From Mobula hypostoma (lineage: Eukaryota): a stretch of 64,000 nt of DNA. The stretch is from NCBI RefSeq assembly GCF_963921235.1, contig NC_086108.1, positions 17,360,001 through 17,424,000 on the forward strand, read 5' to 3'. Shown piece by piece: positions 37,701 through 49,919 of this stretch. The notes beneath the pieces were generated by a model. The model did not search any database and was not told the DNA's origin. It worked only from the letters and a program-made list of their open reading frames with translations. Made by a program: the position numbers and the translations under genes. Every line of letters begins with the position of its first letter. Within the stretch, counting starts at the first letter, position 1.

Positions 37701-38785
37701 ATCATCATCATCAGGTGCCATCCCCAGTTTGAGCTTTGACTGCCATGGCCCACACACTCCTGTTTCAGGTCAAGTGGATCAATTCATTGGTATTCATTTC
37801 CAGTTCTCTGGGGGCTGTCTCCATCATTTGTCTTTGTCTTCCTCTTGATTTCTTCCCTCAATCTTTCCCATAATTACCATGCATTCTAATTCCTCTTTCC
37901 TAATCACATGTCCAGTGAAGTTACGTTGCCTTTTCATGATCTCATATATTATTTCTCTTTTTGTGTTTGCTCTGTTCATGACATCCTTGTTAGATATTTG
38001 TTTCGTCCATGATATTCTTTTCACCCTCCTCAAAAACCACATCTCTGCTGCTACAATTCATTTCCTCATGTTACTAGATATTGTCCAACATTCTGAGCCA
38101 TATAACATAACTGGATAAACGTAACATTTCAGTACTCTGAGGCGGGTTGTCATGCCTAGTTTAGTATTGGTCAGTATACTCTTCATTCTCGTAAAGGTGT
38201 CTTTTGCCATGCCTATTCTTCTTTTGATGTACATGTTGCACCTACCATCTGATGTCACCCAGCTTCCTAAGTAGCAGAAGTTCTTTCGTTGTTTTATGTC
38301 TTCCCCATTTACTCTCAGCCTGCAGATAGGATTCTCCTTCTTTCTGGATATCACCATACATTGTCTTTTTGCAATTGATAGATAGACCCATTTTTGCACT
38401 TTCTTCAACAATTATATCAATTAAGTTTTGTAGTTCTTCCTCCATACTTGCAATTAACACAGTGTCATCCTCATATCTGAAATTATTGATATTTTCACTG
38501 CCAGCTTTGATTCCCAAGATGTCTCTTATTTTTTTGTAATATTGTTTCACTGTACACATTAATTAAATCAGGGGAGAAAACACACCCTTGTCTAACGCCT
38601 CTCTTGATTTTCGTAAACTGCCTCACTTCTCCATCTATTCTTACAGCAGCAGTTTGTTCCCAGTACAGACTTCTGATTAGGTGGAGGTCTTTCGAATCTA
38701 GATCTAGAGTTTTCTGTAATATTTCAAATAACTTACTGTGCTTCACTTTTTCCAAATGCTTTTGTAGTCGATAAAACAAACAAAT
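37700..38785 (-). mobile_element. RTE-clade LINE 3' portion (RT + (GAT)n tail)
   Basis: IKRGVRQGCVFSPDL, NINNFRYEDDTVLIA, FCYLGS...IKRRIGMAK, VMLYGSECWT, GHVIRKEELE; CATCATCATCATC at 37700. Confidence 0.92.
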
Positions 38786-39014
38786 AAATACATAAGATAG
38801 CTTATTTACATAAAGTGATAAATAAAGTCCATAAAGTGATGCTAGACATAATATACTAAATGCCAATACACAGTAGGTGGTGTGTGCTGAAGTGAGTGTT
38901 AAATATTAAGGGGCTCATAATCCTTTTGCTGAGTTTTTGTTTTGGTTTTCTGTATGTTGGAGAAGCAGTGATTTAAGTTGTGCAAAAATACTGTGGCTAA
39001 TATTATGGTGCCAC

Positions 39015-39215
39015 ATGTAAGGAGTTTCTACGTTCTCCCTGTTACCGCATGGGTTTCCTCCCACAGTCCAAAGATGTACTTGTTGGTTAATTGGTCATTG
39101 TAAATTGTCCTGTGAATAGGCTAGTGTTAAATTGGTGGGTTGCTGAACAGTGCGGCTTGCTGGGCTGGAAGGATCAGTTCCGCACTGTATCGCAATAAAA
39201 TAAAAAATAAATAAC
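39015..39215 (+). mobile_element. V-SINE 3' fragment
   Basis: GGGTTTCCTCCCACAGTCCAAAGATG...GGTCATTGTAAATTGTCC; (AATAA)n tail. Confidence 0.75.
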
Positions 39216-41703
39216 AAACACAGTCACGTGTTAAAATATAGATTCATTAAAGAGTTGGTGAGTCAAATTTTAATTTTTGTCAGTGTGTCAAACAGCATAA
39301 ATTGGCTTTTTTGCCCATCACATCTGATGCTGAAACAAGGTTGACTTTGATGGCCCATCTTTGGGTACTTTGAGAGGGTGGTGTGTGACACTGCCTTGTA
39401 CTGCAACAGTAAGTACTTGTGTCACTGCTGTGTCCACGTTGAAGTTCTAGGACTAGTGAGTAGAAACACTGGAGCAAAAGTGATGGGCGGTGATGTATTC
39501 ATGTCTGGACCTCAAAGCAACTTCAGTTTTTTGGCCCATTGAGTACATATGTCAATCACTTCTTTACACTAATCTTGCACCCTCTTCTGTGTGATACCAA
39601 ATTTGGCATGGTCAGGGCATGCTGCAGAAGGAAGATTCACTGTTAATGTCTGCGCAGTACAAAAATTAGAGCTTTGCCCAATTTTGGATTATTTCTGTAG
39701 AGCTGTATCAAACAAAAACTATTACTGCCCTCGAGTGTAGTTAGAGTTAATATACTAACTGCCAGACTATTTGAAACTCAGTGACTTGTATGATTTTATT
39801 TCCATGTTTTTTAAAATGCAATTTTTAGTCATGCAGAACATGCTTCATCAGAGCATAAGAAGCAGAAGTAGGCCACGTATGATTTTCTGCGCTTGTACCA
39901 TATCCTTTGATTCACTTAATATTCAACAATGACTCCCTTCACCAAGCTTACCTCGAAACTGGACCTGTAGGAAATCCACAGGTAGAAAGACACTGAGACT
40001 GTCCATTCCTCTGAATCTTTGGAAAATTATCCCCAGCCTTGTGCCCACCCTCCAGGTTGCATCTTCAGTTATTCAGTTGTACACCTGGCAGCCTTGCTAG
40101 TAAGTGGTTAAGTTCATGCAGAGCAGAGGTTGAAACTACTCTGGCCGATACCCTTGGGTTTATGCAGCACAGTGAAGAGAGCTGCTTGCCTCATGTTTAA
40201 CACTTGGCATGCAGGACAGAGCCAGAAGAGGTCAGTATTTATCAAGCAAAACTACGTGATGATTCATCATTCCCAAAGGACTTAATTAAGGGAATACTGA
40301 GGCCTTAAAGTATAAAGGGTTATATGCCCTGTTTGAAATATTTCTTCCATTAAACTGATTTAAGCTGTGCCTTGTGGAGGAGGATTCCAGAATAAGGCAA
40401 CCGAAGCTTATATTTGATCTTGACCTTTCAGGACAAGTCAGTAAGAGGCTGTCTTTGTGTAGAAATAAATGTGTTACTTTGGGGATGGATGGGCATGACT
40501 CATAGGATCACTACCCTTCACCAGTCTGTAGCAATGACTTGAATCTTCAGAGATGTGTTGTAAATTAATTGGGATCCTGGAAGTATGAAATAAAAACAAA
40601 AAGCTGAACACCCAGCAGGTTGGGTAGCATCTGTAGAGAGAGTTTTACTGTTTCAGCTTGAAGACATTTGTCAGAAGTAATATGTCAATATTTGATATAG
40701 CTGAGTGGCGGTGTGTACTATAAGGAAGATGCAGAATGGGCGATGTAGTTAGGTTAGGTGAGTGGGTGAGGGTGTAGCCAGTGGAATAAAATGTGGAAGT
40801 GTGAGGTCTTTCTTACTTTATCTTCCAAAACAATGTAGTGTAATTTTTAAATGTTGAGATTTGTTAGGAGGCTTGTTGAGTATTCTCCTGCATGAATCTT
40901 TGGAAGTTGACATACAGATACAGAAAAGAAGTTGAGCTGTTGCAAGCTGTTACAAAAGCTAGCAAGTATATGCCCACTCTGTGATAAACTGCCCTCATCA
41001 TGGGCGTCAGTCTGCTGAACCTCTTATGCCCTTTCTCAATTCTTGACAGAGGGAGGCAAGACCCGTAGAAGATGTTTCATTTCTGACAAAAGGTTGTCAC
41101 AATTTGCCCTGGTGGTACAAGATATAAAAAATTTGGTCCAAGTGGGAGTTGGGTTCTTAAAGAGCATCTGAAAAGTGGAATATACCTGTGATACTGCTAG
41201 CTTTTTAGTTATACTCTGTCTCACCATCCTGGTGCACGTGACAATAAACGCAACTCTATTTGACTTGAAATGAAAACCAGGATTCTGAGAGGACTTTTGA
41301 GGTGTGCTACTAAAAAGCATAGGTTTAAGAGATCTGAGGGACAAGTCTTTTCCCATACAAAGTGGTGGGTATGTAGAACAAGCTGGCAGAAGAGGTGGCA
41401 GTACAGCTGTGGCATTTTAAAATTAACTTGTGGGCGGATACAAGTATGTGAGAAGAATGGAGAGATATGGACCAAATGCAGGAAAGTGTGGTTAGTGTAG
41501 ATTGGCGTCTGAGTCAGCTGAAAGGCCTGGTTCCATGCTGTATGACTGACACATATCTCAGTTTCTAGTGATGGGATGAAGAAAATGGGGGATCCAGCAG
41601 AGACCAGAATTAGGGTTCCAGGGCGGGGGTATCACCGCACCGTTAGTTGCAAAAAGTGACCACTGCTGTGCACTTTATTCACCCCAGTGGTATGTTCCCA
41701 CAG

Positions 41704-41886
41704 GAGATTGCTGACAAGGAGATTGCAGTTCTGCCAAGAGACAGCTGCCCAGTCCGGATTCGCAATCGCTGTGTCCTCACCTCACGGCCACGAGCAGTCA
41801 AGCGCAAATGGCGACTCAGTCGGATCGTGTTCCGTCACCTTGCTGACCATAACCAGATGTCTGGGATCCAGCGTGCCATGTGGTAG
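41704..41886 (+). CDS. MRPS14: MRPS14 exon 3 ([60 protein letters not shown])
   Basis: Acceptor TTCCCACAG|; conserved S14 domain; TAG stop; total 133 aa. Confidence 0.97.
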   Translation, partial: EIADKEIAVLPRDSCPVRIRNRCVLTSRPRAVKRKWRLSRIVFRHLADHNQMSGIQRAMW

Positions 41887-43047
41887 CACCAGTGGTTTGG
41901 CTTGAGGAGCCTGCTCATGGTGACTTGGATAACAAGTATCTGACCACTGAAGCCACCACAAGCTGACTGTTCTTCTGCAGTCAGAGGGTGGGCTGGGAGC
42001 TCTATTACATAAAACAACTGTATTTGAGAAAACTCTGAAGACTGTAGTGTTTGGGACGTATTATGAAAGCTTTACATAAAAACATGCCCTTGATGGAATA
42101 TAGACAATACTGCTCTTTCCCTACTGAACCTTCATCCATGAGGTGACATGGACAAAGGCAGTGCTCTTCAGCATCAAATTTATCATTACTGACATGTATG
42201 ATGTGACTTAAGACTGATCCTGAGTAGCTTCATCCGTGGCAAAAGTGACTTTACCACGGTTGAGCACAGTGTGACTCTACCTGTGCTAGATATCCCAGTG
42301 CTTCTTTTACCTGTGCCCATCTTATGAAAAATACTTTGTATGAGTTTCACTTGGGCTTAATTTGCCCACTTTAGAAGTGTTCCTGTGCTATACACCTGAC
42401 ACTGGAGTATTTTCTTGCCAGAATCTCATGCAGCAGAGTTCAATGGTTAATTTAAATGACTAAAAGGTGACTTGCACTCTCTTGTAATGTATCCTGTGTT
42501 TGAAGACTATGAAGGATAGTTTTCTATGGAAGTAATATCTATTGAGACAGTAAAGGGAAAAACAAGACCTTGTTAACTTTATCTCAAATGCAAGTGGTGT
42601 TAGTCTTGTTGTGGTCCATATCATTCTGTATTTGTCAAATTGCTGTACTTCCATTTAAAAGAAAGTCTCCCATGAATGTTGCAGGAGTTGTGTCTACCTG
42701 TCTTTTTTGGCTGCATGGAAACGCTTGCCACAATGAAACTACACATACTTGCTTTCTGAATTTGTGTGAAAGTTGTTTTATGTTGTAATGCTCCAAAGAA
42801 CAGAATAGTAGTGACATGACTGACTTTAATACTCTAATAAAGCTTGGTCCAAGAACATTAATAATCTGCTTACTTATACTTTTAAGTCACCTTGGACAAA
42901 AATCTGTTGAACATCTCTTCCCCTCTTTATTTCTCTCAGCTGTTGTAGCACTTAATTATTTGCTACTAATGTTGCTTGCCTCCTACTTCTCTGCTGAGCA
43001 TACCCATTGGTCCCAATTTAGGCACAATAAGGAGGTGTTTGTTTACC

Positions 43048-44945
43048 ATAAGACACAGGAGCAGAATTAGGACATTTCAGCCCATCAAGTCTGCTCTGCC
43101 ATTCCATTATGGCTGATTTATTAACCTGCTCAATCCCATTCTCCTGCCTTCTCCCTGTAACCTTTGACACCGTTACTAATCAAAAACCTATTAACCTTCA
43201 CCTTAAATATATCTTATGACTTGGTCTCCACAGCCATCTGTGGCAATAAATTCCACTGATTCACTACCCTCTGGTTAAAGAAATTTCTCCTCAGCTTTGT
43301 TCTAAAGGGATGTACAGTACTTCTATTCTGAATCTGTGCCCTCTGGTCCTTAGACTACCCCACTGTAGGAAACATCCTCTCCATCCGTTCTATCTAGGCC
43401 TTTCAATATTCAATAGGTTTCAATGAGATCCCTCTTCTTTCTTCTAAACCACAGCAAGTATAGGTCCAGAGTCATCAAATGCTGCTCATACATTAACCCT
43501 TTCATTTTTGGGATCATTCATGTGAACCTCCTCTGGACACTTTCCAATGTTAGCAGATTTTTTCATAGATTAGGGGTCCAAAACTGCTCATGGATTTCAG
43601 CAAGGCATTTGATAAGGTACCCCATGCAAGGCTTATTGAGAAAGTAAAGAGGCATTTGATCCAAGAGGATCTTGCTTTGTGGATCCAGAATTGGCTTCTC
43701 CACAGAAAGCAAAGAGTGGTCATATTCTGCATGGAGGTTGGTGAGCGGTGGTGTGCCTCAGGGATCTGTTCTGGGACTCCTTGTCTTGATTTTTATAAAT
43801 GACCTGGATGAGGAAGTGGAGGGATGGGTTAGTAAATTTGCTGATGACACAAAGGTTGGGGGTGTTGTGGACAATGTGGAGGGCTGTTAGAGTTTACGGC
43901 GGGACATCAATAGGATGCAAGTCTGGGCTGAGAAGTGGCAGATGGAGTTCAACCCAGATAAGTGTGAGGTGGTTTATTTTGGTAGGTCAAATATGATGGC
44001 AGAATATAGTATTAATGGTAAGACTCTTGGCAGTGTGGAGGATCAGAAGGATTTTGGGGCCTGAGTCCATAGGACACTCAAAGCTGCTGCGTAGATTGTC
44101 CCTGTGGTTAAGAAGGCATACGGTGTATTGGCCTTCATCAACCGTGGGATTGAGTTCAAGAGCTTTGAGGTAATGTTATGACTATGTCGGACCCAGGTCA
44201 GACCCCGCTTGGAGTACTGTGCTCAGTTGTGGTCATCTCATTACAGGAAGGATGTGGAAACTACCAAAAAAGGGTGCAGAGAAGATTTACAAGGATGATG
44301 CTTGGATTGGGGAACATGTCTTATGAGAATAGATTGAGTGAACTTGGCCTTTTCTCCTTGGAGCGACGGAGGATGAGAGGTAACCTGATAGAGGTGTATA
44401 AGATGATGAGAGGCATTGATCGTGTGGATAGTCAGAGGCTTTTTCCCACGGCTGAAATGGCTAACGCGAGAGTGCACAGTTTTAAGATGCTTGGAAGTAG
44501 ATACAGAGGAGATGTCAGGGGTAATTTTTTTACGCAGAGAGTGGTGAGTGCGTGGAATGGGCTGCTGGCAACGGTGGTAGAGGCAGATACAATAGGGTCT
44601 TTTAAGAGACTCTTGGATAGGTAAATGGAGCCTAGAAAAATGCCCATACCCTAGGCTATGTGTAATCCTAGGTAATTTCTAAAGTAAGTAGATGTTTGGC
44701 ATAGCATTGTGGGCCGAAGGGCCGGTATTGTGCTGTAGGTTTTCTATGTTTCTATTCACTTCTGTCCCCTGACATTCTTGCATTTCCGGCATTCTGCTAG
44801 TGTCTTCCACAGTGAAGAATAATGCCAAATGATTAAGATCCCTATGATATCGACTCTCAACTCACTATTTCTCTTTACATATGTGGGAAAAAAAACACTT
44901 TGGTATCCTCTTTTATATTATTGGCTCATAATCTAATATCTTCTC
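43048..44945. mobile_element. Minus-strand CR1 3' fragment interrupted by a plus-strand CR1 (43590-44755)
   Basis: [29 protein letters not shown] and FFTQRVVSAWNGL on +; reverse CR1 tail at 43048. Confidence 0.9.
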
Positions 44946-45046
44946 GTACTCTGTATTCCCTTATGCAGTAACTAATAAAAATATTGAAAGAGGAATTCAC
45001 TCTGCAGTTTGAGAGGGAGAAGCTAGCCAGAGTTGATTGTAAGGGG

Positions 45047-45894
45047 TGTGACGAGAATACACATAAAATTAAGATGTTTGCTGGCCTGGGTTAGCATCAG
45101 TGACATCAGCAAGTGGTCTGCCACCTGCCCTCAGGGGAAGGAGAGATAAGGAACAATGGAGCAGCGTCTGGAGATGTGTAATGAAGGGACGTGGGAGAAA
45201 GAGAGCTTTCTGGAGCGGCTCCCCCTTTGAACCCTGAACTGTTTGAAGTGATGGACAGGTGATACCCCAGTAGGGGGATAAAAGGGGACAGGTTCGCTAA
45301 GGCAGCACACACGCCACCCGAGGTAACGAGACCCTGGAAGCGGTACGCTTCTCACGAGTCGGTGAGAGGTACCGGACAACGGCCAGGGTGGAAAGGTACG
45401 AACAGCGGGAACCCGGTGTGTGTCCGCCCTTGCCTGGGTGCTGGGTTCACTGCAGAGGATTGACCGCATCTGGAGGAGGGGTCACAGTCGGTGACCTCAG
45501 GTGACATCACCAAGGACCCACCCAAAAGTTGCTTGTGAGCAATCTTGCCGGTCTGTGAGTGAAGCCATTCTGAATGATCAGTTGTTCCTGTTCTATCTCT
45601 CTCTTCCCCAACGTTGTCCATCGCCAGGGCAACGATTACTGCGAACTGAACTAAACTTTGAGTCACTTTGAAATTTGGTCATTTACCCCTAGACAACAAT
45701 AGAGCTTGATTGATGCTGTTATCTTAATTCTGTACACATGTGTGTTTATCATCGCTGAACTGTTTCATTTATTATCCTTTCGATTACTGTGTTGCTTGTT
45801 TCTTTAATAAAACTTTCTTAGTTCTAGTACTCCAGACTCCAACTGAGTGATCCATTTCTGCTGGTTTGGCAACCCAGTTACGGGGTACGTAACA
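45047..45894 (+). repeat. 5' LTR (848 bp)
   Basis: TG...CA termini; AATAAA near 45806; near-identical to the 3' LTR apart from scattered substitutions and a 12-nt indel. Confidence 0.97.
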
Positions 45895-45898
45895 TAAG

Positions 45899-45916
45899 TG
45901 GGGGCTCGTCCGGGAT
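45899..45916 (+). promoter_or_regulatory. Primer-binding site for tRNA-Pro
   Basis: TGGGGGCTCGTCCGGGAT, 4 nt after the 5' LTR; same sequence as the classical MLV tRNA-Pro PBS. Confidence 0.93.
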
Positions 45917-45992
45917 TTTGAACGCTAAATTTGGGACGGAGTAAATTGATTGGGTTAAAATTCCCGAAAGAAAGAAAAGACAAACAGCAGAA

Positions 45993-48082
45993 ATGGAGGC
46001 TGAGGAATTTATAAAGGCGCCGACCTTGGAGGCATTAGAGGATGCCAGGAAATCGGAATTGATAGCTGTGGCCAAACGGTTGAATCTTGCTAAGGTGAAG
46101 TCGACAATGAGGAGAGAGGAGATACACAGAGCTATTGTAGAGCACTATGTATCTAAAGGTGTGTTTCCCCAAGGTGAGCTGGGGGTGGTGTCTATTGAAA
46201 AGCCTGCTGGAGACGCGGTACAGGTACAGCTTGAAAAACTGAGACTCGAGCACGAGTTCCGGGTATGGCAGTTAGAACACGAAGAGAAGCAGTTAGAAAG
46301 GCAGGAGAGAGAGTTAGAAAGGCGGGAGAAAGAGAAAGAGATGGAAAGGAAAGAGAGAGAGAGAGACAGTTGGAGAGAGAGGAGAAACAGAGGGAAAGGG
46401 AATTTGAGCTAGAGAAGTTAAAGATAAGGGCCGAGCAGGGGCTCGTGCCGAACCAAGGTGGAGGGTTCCGGGCGACCCAGGAGGTTAGGCTGGTTCCCCC
46501 ATTTGACGATACCGACGTGGATCGGTACTTCCTCCACTTCGAAAAAGTGGCTATAAGTCTGGACTGGCCGAGGGATAAGTGGGTTGTTTTACTTCAGAGT
46601 GTACTGAAAGGGAAGGCCCAAGAAGCTTACTCCGCTTTGTCCGCGGAAGATGCCCAGAGGTATGAGGTGGTGAAAGAGGCCATCCTCAGGATTTATGAGT
46701 TGGTCCCGGAGGCATACCGGCAGAGGTTCTGGAATGCGAGGAAGCAGTGGGACCGCACGTATTTGGAGTTTGCCCGTGAGATGCAGACATATTGTGAGCG
46801 TTGGTGCGCCTCGAAGGGGGTAGAGGGGGATTATGACAGACTGCTACAACTGATTCTGATTGAGCAGTTTAAAGGTTGTGTCCCTGGGGGTATGAGACCC
46901 TACCTCGATGAGAAAGAGGCAGCCACGTTAGCCGCAACTGCTAAGTTAGCGGATGAGTATGCGTTGACGCATAAAATGAAGTTTGCCCCGAGTAAAGGCT
47001 ACCAGAAGGGTAGTCAGGACGGCGGGGAGAGTCCGCCGGAAAAGTCAGAAAGTAAGCCGGGGACTAGTGAAAAGGATAAGGTAGACCGGGAGCAGTCTGG
47101 TAGGAAGTCTCCTGGGGTCGTCTGTTATAATTGTGGGAAAGCTGGACACTTTGCGTCCAGGTGCTTTGCCCCAAGGAAGGAGATGGGGAAAGGAAAAGCG
47201 GAAATTTTGAATGGCTGTATCGAGCTGTTAAGCGAACCGCTAGGGAAGGACAGGTCTGAAAAAGTCCAGGAAGGGCGCGAGAGGTTTATCTCGGCCGGAT
47301 TGGTGTCAGTGAAGGAGGGGTTAAAACCAGTTCCAGTGCGGATCTGGAGAGACACGGGAGCGTGTCAGTCACTAATACTGAAGAGTGTATTAGAGTTTAG
47401 CTCAGAGACCCAGACTGGGAAGGTAGAGGTCAAAGGTGTTGGGGAAGGGACAGAGTCAGTCCCTTTGCACCAGATACACTTACAGAGCAACCTGGTCTCT
47501 GGACTAGTCACGATCGGGGTGAGGTCCGAATTACCGATGAAAGACGTGGAAGTCTTGCTCGGTAATGACATCGCCGGAGGAATCGTGTTCCCAGTCGTGA
47601 GATTGACAGGTCAGCCTGCCAGCATTGAGGCCCGGCCCATGGACTCACAGGTTCATCACGGGCCCGCGATAGTGAATTTAGCTGAAACATTTTTGCCAAC
47701 CTTATATGAGACAGGGTGTAGTGAGATAAGAGGTAGTGAGGGAACTGGGACAGACGTAGCAGTAGCCAGGAAAGAATTTGTGCAGACGCAGGAGCGAGAC
47801 GAGGGGCTGATGGTTGTGGCAGAGACCGCTCTCTCTGACACAGCCTTAACAAGGGAACTAGTAGGCTATTGTGCGGATGAGGAAGTGCTAAGGAAGAAAG
47901 GGAAATCAAGGACAGTATCCGCAGATGAGGAGTGGGGGGTGGTGCAAAAGAGTTATGGGGATGAGGTTTTTAACATGGCCCACGAGGTTCCCCCCCAGTG
48001 GACATTTTGCGGTGCTGGAGGAAACAGTTGGTGGAATCATGAAAGAGATTTACCGGCTGCCCAGGGGGAAAAATGTTATTGA
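45993..48082 (+). pseudogene. gag-pro: coiled-coil N-terminus, capsid/SCAN domain, CCHC knuckle, aspartic protease; one frameshift near a (GA)n tract (~46350-46380)
   Basis: LVPEAYRQRF...LILIEQF...LADEY (SCAN-like); CYNCGKAGHFASRC; IWRDTGACQSLI. Confidence 0.9.
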
Positions 48083-48932
48083 TCATGACCGACGCGAACT
48101 GAGACGGTCACCGGCTTTTGATATGCTAACAAACCTAGTCGGTGTTAGCGTGGAAATCAATGAAGCTAGGGGCCCCCTGATAAGAGGGAAAAAACATTTT
48201 GAAAAGATTCGTATGGGATCGATCAGATGGGAGAAGGCTATTGTTTTGGCCAGGTCTACTGATAAGGTCTCTCCCTTAATCCCCGAACAAAGCGAATCTT
48301 TAGAAGAAGTAATTAAACGACTCGCGCCCGTGGGTTTGATTGTCCCGAGGAAATGCAAAGAACTGGGACGTTGGGTGATGTCTGTTACAATAGGGCGGCC
48401 TAGTAAACAACACCCATATTTTTTGAGTAATTCAGTGACTAAAGGGCTGATGAACACAGAGGTGTGTATTGGCAATTTAATACGGCTGTCTGAAGCCAGT
48501 TTGATAGTGAACCTTGAAAAAAATGAATTCGGCCACACGAGGGTCACTTACCTGGGAATTGTGGTGACACAGGGGCAGCTGGCAGCGATGCAAGCTACAG
48601 TGCAGGCTATCGCTGACCTCCCAACCCCGACAGACAAGAGGGCCCTCAGAAGGCTCTTGGAGATGGTGGGGTACTGCAGGAAGTTTTGCAATAACTCTGC
48701 GGTCAATACCCGTCCCCCTCCTACTGAGCCCTTGCGAGAGAAAATTGAGTCGGAATGGGACGACCCTTGTTGTTGTGGTCCGGGACAAAACCAAATGAGA
48801 GGTTACATTGGTCGTAATTCATCAGTGTTTTTGGCCACTATGAAGTTTGCTGAGTTGGAGCCTGGTCTAAGGGATTATTAATAACACGTGTAAAAGGAAC
48901 AGAAAATGTGATGACTGTCTGTCAAGGTGTTG
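47925..48932 (+). pseudogene. Patchwork pol remnant in the order integrase N-terminus, RT pieces, RNase H C-terminus
   Basis: MAHEVP/PSGHF (IN His-His); KQHPY; IVNLEKNEFG..RVTYLG...RRLLEMVGYCRKF (RT thumb); RVKGTENVM-DCLSRC* at 48881-48932; no YxDD or DDE core seen. Confidence 0.8.
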
Positions 48933-49055
48933 ACAGCTTCAAACTCGCTGTGTTAGCCAAATAGCTGATAAAGATGTATATTTGTGTATGTATCAAATAA
49001 TGTATTCATGTTCGTAATTTTTACCTCCCGGTAAAAATCCTTAAAAGGGGGGAAG

Positions 49056-49915
49056 TGTGACGAGAATACACATAAAATTAAGATGGTTGCTGGCCTGGGT
49101 TAGCATCAGTGACATCAGCAAGTGGTCTGCCACCTGCCCTCAGGGGAAGGAGAGATAAGGAACAATGGAGCAGCGTCTGGAGATGTGTAATGAAGGGACG
49201 TGGGAGAAAGAGAGCTTTCCGGAGCGGCTCCCCCTTTGAACCCTGAACTGTTTGAAGTGATGGACAGGCGATACCCCAGTAGGGGGATAAAAGGGGACAG
49301 GTTCGCTAAGGCAGCACACACGCCACCCGAGGTAACGAGACCCTGGAAGCGGTACGCTTCTCACGAGTCGGTGAGAGGTATCGGACAACGGCCAGGGTGG
49401 AAAGGTACGATCAGCGGGAACCCGGTGTGTGTCCGCCCTTGCCTGGGTGCTGGGTTCACTACAGAGGATTGACCGCATCTGGAGGAGGGGTCACAGTCGG
49501 TGACCTCAGGTGACATCACCAAGGACCCGCCCAAAAGTTGCTTGTGAGCAATCTTGCCGGTCTGTGAGTGAAGCCGTTCTGAATGATCAGTTGTTCCTGT
49601 TCTATCTCTCTCTTCCCCAACGTTGTCCATCGCCAGGGCAACGATTACTGCGAACTGAACTACTAACTGGACTGAACTTTGAGTCACTTTGAAATTTGGT
49701 CATTTACCCCTAGACAACGATAGAGCTTGATTGATGCTGTTATCTTAATTCTGTGCACATGTGTGTTTATCATCGCTGAACTGTTGCATTTATTATCCTT
49801 TCGATTACTGTGTTGCTTGTTTCTTTAATAAAACTTTCTTAGTTCTAGTACTCCAGACTCCAACTGAGTGATCCATTTCTGCTGGTTTAGCAACCCAGTT
49901 ACGGGGTACGTAACA
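49056..49915 (+). repeat. 3' LTR (860 bp)
   Basis: Follows the PPT; ends CGTAACA then GGGG TSD. Confidence 0.97.
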
Positions 49916-49919
49916 GGGG

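Larger units (their letters stand above)
45047..49915 (+). mobile_element. Gmr1-like (Ty3/Gypsy) LTR retrotransposon, two LTRs, non-autonomous (pol largely deleted)
   Basis: LTRs 45047-45894 and 49056-49915 (TGTGACG...CGTAACA); TSD GGGG; PBS; PPT AAAAGGGGGGAAG 49043-49055; gag-SCAN-CCHC-protease followed by IN, RT and RNase H remnants. Confidence 0.95.

Noticed and set aside
40256..40300. GTGATGA...CTGA with an internal stem in MRPS14 intron 2 (C/D snoRNA or SECIS)
   Set aside because: Only ~45 nt, no terminal stem or evident guide; SECIS helix II does not pair fully and the site is intronic
40600..40680. Additional hammerhead-like remnants here and at ~52385-52415
   Set aside because: Core boxes mutated (CUGACAA; CUGAUGC without GAAA); treated as fossil pLTRs
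41036..41356. 106-aa antisense ORF in MRPS14 intron 2
   Set aside because: N-terminal part is decayed CR1; the rest is unrecognisable
46480..46980. Domesticated host SCAN-domain gene
   Set aside because: Sits between two near-identical LTRs with PBS, PPT and TSD, so it is retrotransposon gag
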